A stretch of 64,000 nt of DNA from an uncultured Planctomycetaceae bacterium (GTDB lineage: Bacteria; Planctomycetota; Planctomycetia; Isosphaerales; Isosphaeraceae), in contig CAWIAD010000002.1 in NCBI GenBank assembly GCA_963833985.1, positions 3,808,001 to 3,872,000 on the forward strand. The letters are read 5' to 3'. The translations under genes and the position numbers were made by a program. The first letter of the stretch is position 1. Each line of letters opens with the position of its first letter. Below the pieces are notes generated by a model. It was not told the DNA's origin, did no database searches, and saw nothing but the letters and a program-made list of their open reading frames with translations. Shown piece after piece: positions 52,863-64,000 of the stretch.

Positions 52863-54744
52863 GTGAGGACCTCCGCACGAGGGTGGTGGATCGTCTCCAG
52901 CATCTTCCTGGCGACCGCCGGAACGGTGGCGGCCTGGGCGGACATGCGCACCGGGTGGATCACGCCCGCGTTCGACTTCGTGGCCCACCAGTTCTACGAG
53001 ATCCCCGTGCTGGCGCGGATCCGCCGGCCGTCGCAGCTCTTGCTGGTGCGCCAGCACCTGGCCGTCGCCACCGGCCTGGCCGTGCTCGGACTGGGCGCGA
53101 GCGCCCGCCTGGGCGGCCATGCCCGCGCGTTTCTCGTCGTTCTGTGGGTCGGCTACGCGCTCCGTGCAACGATCTGGATCTGTGGCGGCAACCTGCCGCT
53201 GGTGCCCGGCGATAGCTGCCATTACCTGGAGGTGGCCACCTCCGTCTACCGCGGCGAGGGGCCTGTGAAGCATTACGTCGAGAGCTTCTTCACCGACTAT
53301 CCGAAGATTCTCGAAGGCAGGGGCGTGCTCGACGACTGGGCCACGCCGCTGGACGCCTACGTGCGGGCGGGGTGGTTCCGGCTTGCCGGCGTCGAGCCGG
53401 GGAATTCGCTCGAGGCGACGGTCGCTTCCGCGAAGGCGTGCAGCTTCACAATCAACCTGGCCACGCTTCCCCTCCTCTACCTGTTCGGCCGCAGGCGCTT
53501 CGGCAGGGAAGCGGGCCTCATGGCGATGGCGGTCCTCGCGGTGCTGCCCGTTCACGCCATCTACGCGGGGTTCGTGCTCCGTGAAAGCCTGGTGGCGCTG
53601 ACCGCGCTGCTGGCCGTCTGGACCTTGACCGAGGTCTGGCACTGCCAGCGGGGCAGCCGCCTTTCGTGGCTCTGGGCGGCAGCGGCCGGGATGTCCGGAG
53701 GACTGGCCATCCTGGCGCGGAACACGGCGCTCGCCATCATCGCCGCGGCCGGGCTGATTGCGGTCGTCCGGCTGGTCCGCACAAGACCGGGCCAGCTCCT
53801 GCTGTGGATGACGCTCATGGTGCTGGTGATCCTGCCCTGGGCCGTTGCGACGACGCGCGAATATGGAGCTCCGTTTCATTCGTATACCAGCTACTTTGAA
53901 TATAACTTCTCCTGGACCGTCCATCACTTCGACCGGGGGAACACCCGGCCCGACCAGTTCTACACCTGGGCCAACGCGCCGGAGATCCTCCGGGTGAAGT
54001 TCAAGTCGCTGCTCATCATCGCCGTCTACTCCACGATGATCCTCGGATTGCCGCTTGCCGCCGGCTTCGCCGCCCGGCTGCTGCGCAGACCCGGAGCGTC
54101 CCGGACGCGACGTCGACGTGCTGGCGGCGGCCGTGCTCCTGGTGTTCGTGCTGGCCACGCTCAAGAGCATTCCGGACGTCACCCAGGTCGCGCAGCTCGG
54201 ACGCTATTACCTGCCGGCGTTCCTTCTAACTCTTCCCAGGCGCCGTGGCCGGCGTGCTCGACTGGCTGGACCGGAACCGGATCGGCAGACATGCCCGGGG
54301 ACGGCTGGCCGCCGTCTTCGTACTGCTAGTCTGGGCCGACCCCACCTGGGCCTATGACGCTTCCTGGGTGGTGAAGCCGCACCAGCTTCACTGGCCGGCC
54401 CTGGCCGCGGCGGGTGACTGGATCAAGAGCCATCCCGAGCGCGTTCCGGCCGATGCGCGGGTCATGACCTGGCTCCCCTGGGAGCTGCGCATCGTCAGTG
54501 ACCGCACGACGATCCTCATGCCGCGGAGCTACGCCCCGCGCCGCATCGAGGAAGTCATCCAGCAGTACAAGGTGACTCACGTCCTGTGGGGCTCGTTCGA
54601 CCCGCCCCCGCACTCCGACCCGGAGACCTGGGCGCGTACCTCGAGTCGTTGCGTGCGGGGCTGGGCTTGACCTCGGACCGCGAGCTTTACCGCTCACCCA
54701 GGGACACGCCGTTCTATCCGGTCCGTCTCTACCGCCTGCGCTGA
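52863..54744 (+). CDS. ArnT/PMT-like (GT-C) membrane glycosyltransferase (several frameshifts)
   Basis: Multi-TM; DSCHYLEVA, LRES, GGLAILAR, RYYLP; continues through overlapping ORFs; start uncertain. Confidence 0.7.
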
Positions 54745-54755
54745 GAGGCCCCCGT

Positions 54756-57721
<2,966 letters not shown>

Positions 57722-57867
57722 TCATTAGAGGTCAACGGCCCGCAGCCGGGAAGGAACGTTCCTCCAAAAGGCTTGCCTGATCCTCTCGGAAGCGAGAAGG
57801 ACTACCCACAGTTCCGCATCATTCCGTATCCTGAACCTCTGGAAGCCCAGCACGACCGGAGGACTCG

Positions 57868-58770
57868 ATGGACGGCCAGACAGACAATCGCAAGCGGCTC
57901 GCCTCTCTCCTCGATCAGGTGGCGGTTCACGAGGGGACGCAGGGGACGCTGGTCGAGGGCGTGCAAGTGAGCCGGGTGTCGAAGCCGGTGCCCCGGGCCC
58001 CGGTCGTTTACCAGCCGAAGATCCTCATTGTCGGCCAGGGCGTGAAGCAGGCCTTTCTCGGCGGCGCGGTCTACAGGTACGACGCATACAATTATCTGGT
58101 CCTGTCCGTGCCGCTGCCAGCGGAGTGCGAGACCGAGGCGAGCCCCGAGGAGCCCTTGCTCCTGCTCGCCATCAATGTCGAGCCGACCATGCTCGGCGAG
58201 ATGCTGCTGGACATGGACGACCCCTTGCCGTCTTTTGAAGCGACGCCGCGGGCCATCTCCTCCACGCCCATGACCGAGGACCTGGGCGGTGCCGTCGTCC
58301 GACTCCTGGAGTGCCTCCAGTCGCCACTGGACAGCCGCATGCTCGGCCGCCAGACGGTCCGCGAGATCGTTTACCGTGTGCTTCAGGGCGAGCAGGGAGG
58401 GGCGCTCCGTGCCCTGGCTCGCCGGGACGACCACTTCTCCCGGATTGCCCGAGTGCTGAGGCACGTCCACACCGAGTATGCGAAGCCGCTCAGCGTCGAG
58501 CAACTGGCAAGGCAGGCGGGAATGAGCGTCGCGGCCTTCCATCACAACTTCAAGCTCGTGACGGCAAGCTCGCCGCTCCGGTACCTGAAGCGGGTCAGGC
58601 TCGACCACGCGAGGCGGCTCATGGCTCACGACGGCTACAACGCAAGCACCGCCGCACGGGCGGTCGGCTACGAGAGCCCGTCGCAGTTCAGCCGGGAGCT
58701 CAAGCGGCTCTTTGGTGTCAGCCCCGTCGTCGAAGCCGGACAGACGCGGGCTCGTCTTGTCGCCGGATGA
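57868..58770 (+). CDS. AraC family regulator (YqhC-like)
   Basis: AraC_N_2-like N-domain (QGVK, YD...YL..SVPLP); double HTH, VGYESPSQFSRE. Confidence 0.92.
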   Translation: MDGQTDNRKRLASLLDQVAVHEGTQGTLVEGVQVSRVSKPVPRAPVVYQPKILIVGQGVKQAFLGGAVYRYDAYNYLVLSVPLPAECETEASPEEPLLLLAINVEPTMLGEMLLDMDDPLPSFEATPRAISSTPMTEDLGGAVVRLLECLQSPLDSRMLGRQTVREIVYRVLQGEQGGALRALARRDDHFSRIARVLRHVHTEYAKPLSVEQLARQAGMSVAAFHHNFKLVTASSPLRYLKRVRLDHARRLMAHDGYNASTAARAVGYESPSQFSRELKRLFGVSPVVEAGQTRARLVAG

Positions 58771-58802
58771 AGGCCCGTCGCAACAAAGAGTCGCCGTGCA
58801 CC

Positions 58803-59961
58803 TCATTGTCGGGCGGCTTCGGCCGTCCGTCCGGTCCGGGCGTCGATGGTAAGTCGATAGCGCTGGCGGAGCGCGCCCATGATGGCGTCCCAGCTCTGGC
58901 TGAGGGCGTAGGCACGGGCTTCCCCGGCCATGGCGCGGAGGCGGTCCGGCTCGGCAAGGAGCGCGAGGATGGCCTCGGCGAAGGCTGCCGGCGGCTCGAC
59001 CGATTCGACGAGCAGACCGGTCTTGCCCGGCTGCACGGTGTCTCCCACACCGCCGGCGCGGAGGGCCGCCACGGGCATGCCGGACGCCATGGCCTCCAGC
59101 ACCACGTTGCCAAAGGTCTCTGTCAGGCTCGTGAACGCGAACAGGTCGCCGACCGCGTAATAGTCGGCCAGCTCCTCGCCCACCCGGTAGCCCGCAAACC
59201 GGGCGATGCCGCCGATCTTCCGCTCCAGCTCGCCACGCGTCGGGCCGTCACCCACGAAGAGGATACGCACGTCAGGCCGGCGCGCCGCCACGATCTCCAG
59301 GGCATCGGCGAGGTAACCAACGTTCTTCTCGGCGGCAATCCGGCTGACATAACTGATTACCAGGTCATCCGGTCCCCAGCCCAGCTCTTGCCGCAGGCGC
59401 TGGCGTCCGGGCCGGTCGGGCCGGAACAGGGTTCCATCGACACCGCGCGGCCAGAGCACCAGCCGCTCGAAGCCGAGGGCCTCCAGCCCGCGGATGGTGG
59501 TCAGCGACGGCACGTAGGTTTCGCGGGTGCGGTTGTGAAACCAGCGGAGATAGCGCCAGATCGTGCCGTTGGCCCAGCCCATGCGGTAGTGCTTGCTATA
59601 CTGGTCGAAGTTCGTATGAAAGCTGGAGACCGTTGGCAGCTTGCGTCGCAGCACGTGGCGAAGCACCGTCAGCCCCAGAGTGGCCTCGGTGGCGATGTGT
59701 ACGATGTCCGGGCGGAACGCGTCGATCGCCTGCCGCACGGGACGAAACGGCGGCAAGGGCAGATAGAGCCTCCTTGTAGAAGGGCAGGTTCACCGACCGC
59801 ACGAGATGAACGTCCGCCCGCGTGGCTGGAGCTCCATAGTCGGGATGGATGAGCTGAACCAGGTCTCCCTGCTCGGTGAGGTGTCGGACCAGCTCGCCGA
59901 GCGTACGGGAAACGCCGTTGACCTGAGGGAAATACGTTTCGGTGACGAGACTGACGCGCAT
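58803..59961 (-). CDS. GT4 family glycosyltransferase (frameshift near 59768)
   Basis: ETYFPQVNGV, FHT, VSRIAAEKN, ETFGNVVLEAMASG. Confidence 0.9.
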
Positions 59962-59970
59962 CGGGTCTCT

Positions 59971-60348
59971 TCAGGCCTCCGGTGACGAGCTGGGGTGCTT
60001 CGTGTAGCGCGGCTGGTAGAGCTGGACCACGAAGTCTCCGGGAACCTTGAAGTGCGTGACCAGGCCATAGCCGTGATCGGCGATCTGATCGGTGAACTCG
60101 ACACCGCGGTACCGCAGCTCGGAGACGGTCGTCTCGATGTCATCACAGTAAAACGAGATGTCATGAGTCCCCGACACCGCGCCCTTGGCCGTGTCCTCGG
60201 GGTGGCATCCCATCTCGGCCTCGGGAAGGTCGAAGATCAGCCATCCTTCACCGGCATCCGAGCAGGGCAGGCCAAGCTTGTCGCGCAGGAACGCACGCAG
60301 CTCGTCCGGCTGCGACGAGTAGAACATCGTGTGGACACCGCGGATCAT
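59971..60348 (-). CDS. VOC/glyoxalase family protein
   Basis: MIRGVHTMFYS, GWLIF, CDDIETTV..L..RGVEF, LYQP. Confidence 0.85.
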   Translation of the reverse strand: MIRGVHTMFYSSQPDELRAFLRDKLGLPCSDAGEGWLIFDLPEAEMGCHPEDTAKGAVSGTHDISFYCDDIETTVSELRYRGVEFTDQIADHGYGLVTHFKVPGDFVVQLYQPRYTKHPSSSPEA

Positions 60349-60613
60349 GGGCGGCTCCTCTTGCGGTAAAAGTAGAGGCGGCACGGCCGACGATTCTCCC
60401 TTCATCCCGGCCGCTTGCCAAGCACAAACGGACCGAGCCCGGCTCCAGTTTCCGTTCCGGCACCGATCTGCATGTTGCGCCGGTCGGCGCACGCAAGAGA
60501 CGCCGGGTCGGTCGTTGGGTGCTGGGCCGGCTAGTGGTACACTGATCGGGATTGCTGCCTGGTCCCCGGACGGTGGATCGTGGTCTTCTTCTCCGCCTGC
60601 GAGTCTTACACTC

Positions 60614-61999
60614 ATGAATCAGCGACACACTGCTTCCCCGGGCGGCTCTCGCCGCGACTTCCTGCGAGCTTCTCTTGGGACGATGACCGCCGGCCTGGCG
60701 TTTCCGACCATCGTGCCGGCAGCTTCGCTCGGACTCGGCGGCCGGATCGCGCCGAGCAACCGGGTGACGGTCGCGGTCATCGGCACGGGCAACCAGGGGT
60801 TCAACGATATTGGCTCATTCCTGCGCGACGAGCGCGTGCAGATCGTGGCCGTCTGCGACGTGAACCGCGAAAGCGCAGGGTACTGGGACGGCAAGGTCGG
60901 CGGCCGCGAGCCGGCCAAACGCAAGGTGGAAGAATACTACGCGGGGCACAAGCCCTCGGGCACCTATCGCGGCTGCGACGCGGTGGTCGATTTCCGCGAG
61001 ATCCTGGGGCGGAGCGACATCGACGCCGTCGAGGTCGCCACTCCGGACCACTGGCACGCCATTCCGGTGATCGAGGCCTGCAAGGCGGGAAAGGATATCT
61101 ATTGCCAGAAGCCGCTGGCCCTGACCATCGCCGAGGGCCGCGCCATGAGCTACGCCGTGAACAAGCACCACGTCGTTTTTCAGACCGGCAGCCAGCAGCG
61201 GTCCGACGACCGCTTCCACCGCGCCTGCGAGCTGGTGCGCAACGGCCGCATCGGCGAGCTGAAGACGGCCCGCGTCGGACTGCCCGGCGGGCGGCCCGAC
61301 CTGGCGAAAACGGGCGATCGCAAATCGCCCGCGCCGGTTCCGCAAGGCTTCGAGTATAACACCTGGCTGGGCCCCGCGCCCGACGCCTCCTATGCCCCAG
61401 CGCGGTGCCATGTGAACTTCCGCTGGATCCTCGATTACTCGGGCGGACAGGTGACCGACTGGGGCGGGCATCATCCGGACATCGCCCAGTGGGGCATGGG
61501 CACCGAGCTGACCGGCCCGGTCGAGCTGCGCAACATCCACGGCGAGTTTCCTCCCGACCCGCTCTGGAACACCGCGACCGATTTCCATATCGAGGCCGTC
61601 TACGAGAACGGTGTCACCATGATCATCTCGAACAAGAACCGCATGGGCGTGACGTTCGAGGGGAGCAAGGGAAGCATCTACGTCGACAGGGGGAAGCTCA
61701 CGGCCGACCCGAAGTCGATCCTCGATTCGAAGATCGGCCCGAACGAGATCCACCTCTACAAGAGCGATGACCACTTCCGGAACTTCATCGACTGCGTGAT
61801 CTCGCGCGGACCGACCGCCGCACCCGTCGAGGTGGCCCACCGCTCGATCACGATCGCCCATCTGGGGAACATCGCCATGCGGCTCGGCCGCAAGACTCTG
61901 AAGTGGGACCCGCGCACCGAGCAGATCGTGGGCGACGAGGAAGCCTCGAAGCTGCTCAGCCGGCCGTACCGTGATCCCTGGAAATTGCCAACCGCTTGA
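60614..61999 (+). CDS. Tat-exported Gfo/Idh/MocA oxidoreductase
   Basis: SRRDFL Tat motif; IGTG, ATPDHWH, CQKP, QTGSQQRS, DWGGH. Confidence 0.92.
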   Translation: MNQRHTASPGGSRRDFLRASLGTMTAGLAFPTIVPAASLGLGGRIAPSNRVTVAVIGTGNQGFNDIGSFLRDERVQIVAVCDVNRESAGYWDGKVGGREPAKRKVEEYYAGHKPSGTYRGCDAVVDFREILGRSDIDAVEVATPDHWHAIPVIEACKAGKDIYCQKPLALTIAEGRAMSYAVNKHHVVFQTGSQQRSDDRFHRACELVRNGRIGELKTARVGLPGGRPDLAKTGDRKSPAPVPQGFEYNTWLGPAPDASYAPARCHVNFRWILDYSGGQVTDWGGHHPDIAQWGMGTELTGPVELRNIHGEFPPDPLWNTATDFHIEAVYENGVTMIISNKNRMGVTFEGSKGSIYVDRGKLTADPKSILDSKIGPNEIHLYKSDDHFRNFIDCVISRGPTAAPVEVAHRSITIAHLGNIAMRLGRKTLKWDPRTEQIVGDEEASKLLSRPYRDPWKLPTA

Positions 62000-62014
62000 T
62001 CAGGGGGCAGACCG

Positions 62015-62812
62015 TTGAAGAAGAATCCAGTCATCCGGGCACTCCAGGCGGGCAAACCGCAAATTGGCACGTGGCTCTCGCTGGGCAGCGTGGCCGCGGC
62101 ACGGTTCATGGCACGCGCCGGCTGGCCCTGGCTCACTGTTGACATGGAGCACACCCATACCGACATCCAGACCGCGGCACTCATGTTCGCGGCCATCGCC
62201 GATGCCGGCTGCGTTCCCCTGGCGCGTGTGCCGACCGGCAAGCACGAGTGGATCAAGATGGTGCTCGACTGCGGCGCGATGGGGATCGTGGCTCCCATGG
62301 TCATGGACCCGGCCGAGGCCAGGGCCATCGTGGCGGCCACCAAGTACCCGCCGCGCGGCAACCGCTCGGTCGGCGGCGGCTTCCACGCCATCAACTTCGG
62401 CGCCACCGCAGAGGAATACTACCGCCACGCGGACGATGAGATCCTCGTCGTGCTTCAGACCGAGCACATCCACGCCGTGGAAGTTGCCGACGAGATCTAC
62501 GCCGTCCCTGGCATCGACGCGATCTTCATCGGTCCCAACGACCTGGCCTACTCGATGCGTTCCGCCGATGGAGCCATGCCCGATAAGGAACACTTCGAAG
62601 CGACACTCGCGCGGATCTTGCAGACCGCCCAGCTTCACAAGGTCCCCTGCGGCCTGCACGTCCTGACCGCCGAGGACGCCCTCCGCCGCGCCCGCCAGGG
62701 CTTTCAATTCATTGCCGTCGGCAGCGAGCTCAAGTTCATGCTCGACGGCTGCGCCGACGCGATGCGCCTGATCAACCCCAGGGAAGACGTGGAGGGGCTG
62801 GCGAAGTATTGA
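62015..62812 (+). CDS. HpcH/HpaI aldolase family
   Basis: DMEH, LARVP, LDCGA, YPPRGNR, FIGPNDL. Confidence 0.9.
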   Translation: MKKNPVIRALQAGKPQIGTWLSLGSVAAARFMARAGWPWLTVDMEHTHTDIQTAALMFAAIADAGCVPLARVPTGKHEWIKMVLDCGAMGIVAPMVMDPAEARAIVAATKYPPRGNRSVGGGFHAINFGATAEEYYRHADDEILVVLQTEHIHAVEVADEIYAVPGIDAIFIGPNDLAYSMRSADGAMPDKEHFEATLARILQTAQLHKVPCGLHVLTAEDALRRARQGFQFIAVGSELKFMLDGCADAMRLINPREDVEGLAKY

Positions 62813-62902
62813 ACGAGGTTTTGCCGGCCCCTGGTGGCCTCCAGTCCCAATTGCGTTGCACTTGAATAAGTGCGCTTGTGGACACAGGCTCCTGAAGCGT
62901 CC

Positions 62903-63094
62903 TCAGATTCCGGGTGCCGAAACCACGAGTTGCCGGCAGATTCGTATTGCCGTGAATTCGGCGATCTCACGATGCCTCGGTATCGAGGTTCTGCGATGAT
63001 TCACCGGATTCTCCCAGATCGAATGTTCGCCTCCCTCACGCACAAATCTACAACCCTGCTGGACCAGGTGTTGCAGTAGATCACGACGCTTCAT
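62903..63094 (-). CDS. hicA: HicA family toxin
   Basis: MKRRDL...VREGGEHSIW...IPRHREI. Confidence 0.88.
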   Translation of the reverse strand: MKRRDLLQHLVQQGCRFVREGGEHSIWENPVNHRRTSIPRHREIAEFTAIRICRQLVVSAPGI

Positions 63095-63375
63095 GAGGCC
63101 GCACCGTGAGGTACAAGGTGTACGCGCGAGCTCGCGCTCAGCAAGAGATGGATCGGCTCCTCCAGATCCGCATTGGGATCTGTTGCGCTGGGGTCTGGAC
63201 GGGGCAAAGGCTCGCCGAGCAGCAAGTTTGTCTCTGCCATGTCAACCAGGGCGCTGGCAAGCAGCCTCCGGGCTTCCGCTTCATTCTGACCGAAGGTGAT
63301 CACGCCGGGAAAGTCTAGTAACTCGGCATGGACTCCATCTGGTAAAAATTTGAACATGGCCTTGTACGTTAGCAT
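63091..63375 (-). CDS. hicB: HicB family antitoxin
   Basis: DFPGVITFGQNEAEARRLL...PLPRP; coupled to hicA. Confidence 0.85.
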   Translation of the reverse strand: MLTYKAMFKFLPDGVHAELLDFPGVITFGQNEAEARRLLASALVDMAETNLLLGEPLPRPDPSATDPNADLEEPIHLLLSASSRVHLVPHGAAS

Positions 63376-63645
63376 AGGACAACTCCCTGACGGCGGCTAT
63401 GGAAGCAGCGAAATTACGGTTCTGTAGAGGGCTTTCCCATTAGACTCTCCGTTTCACTCGATGATCAACTGTCTGGCGGGGATGCAACTCGCGAGCGGCA
63501 GTGCAGAAGACAGTGCCGAATACCCTGGCCCGGTGCACGTGCTGTTCCTCTAACGGCATCCATCCTCAGCGGTAGCTGCATCCAAGTTGAGCCGTAGCTG
63601 CATCAACTCCGGGTTGGATGCGCCTGATCAAGTTCCCGGGTTCAT

Positions 63646-64000
63646 TCAAAACCCCTGGATCTCGACCGCGGGATTGAGTGCCTTGACCGTGACCAGGAAC
63701 TCTCGAAACACCGGAAACTGGTTGATCAGGTGAATCCTCCCCTGCCTGTGGCGAATCTCGGCCTGGAAGCAGTTCGTGTCCATCCAGCCGCCGGTCTTGA
63801 TCGAGAGGATTTCCGAGACGGGAACCGAGCGCATCAGGAACCAGCTCTTGAAGAGGATGGATCGGTCCTCTCCAATGGTGATTTCCACCGGGGTCTGGAC
63901 AAGCCGGCCCGTCACGTATATGAAGCCGGACAGGCACAACACCGGAGCCAGTTCTTGCACGCCGAACGCCTTCGAGGCAGCGCCTGAGGGCAAGATGCCA
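63646..64000 (-). CDS. Small membrane-associated hypothetical protein (PH-like), may start beyond the window
   Basis: Hydrophobic segment, then a beta-rich domain ending ALNPAVEIQGF. Confidence 0.55.
   Translation of the reverse strand, partial: GILPSGAASKAFGVQELAPVLCLSGFIYVTGRLVQTPVEITIGEDRSILFKSWFLMRSVPVSEILSIKTGGWMDTNCFQAEIRHRQGRIHLINQFPVFREFLVTVKALNPAVEIQGF

Overview
GC-rich bacterial DNA, most likely from a planctomycete (inferred from a PVC-type CxxCH heme protein, an ECF sigma factor with a long C-terminal extension and other typical gene families). Most of the window is metabolic or housekeeping: hydroxyproline catabolism, an orphan hypF-hypE pair, thiL-tsaE, glycerate kinase, a Ser/Thr kinase, hemQ/chdC, maf, a phosphohexomutase, bcp, archease, ftsH, an RsmG-SPOUT fusion, TolC, an M28 peptidase, membrane glycosyltransferases, AKR/AraC and a sugar oxidoreductase plus aldolase. 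About a dozen genes carry single-base frameshifts, probably long-read indel errors. Two unusual mobile structures can be read directly from the sequence. (1) A 2.7-kb non-autonomous IS66-type element (8134-10827) has 17/20-bp terminal inverted repeats and an 8-bp target duplication, lacks the transposase, and carries tnpA plus an ECF sigma factor with six variable-loop propeller repeats. (2) A comM/yifB hotspot (43786-50900) holds an intact comM, a RelE-type TA pair, an intact IS4 element and orphan ORFs. A second, 5'-truncated comM copy follows, interrupted by a 208-bp insert that has serine-integrase-like pseudo-palindromic junctions and encodes one 42-aa hydrophobic peptide, and after it comes a different TA-like pair. 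No rRNA, tRNA or CRISPR array was seen. All calls come from motif reading only; no database searches were run.
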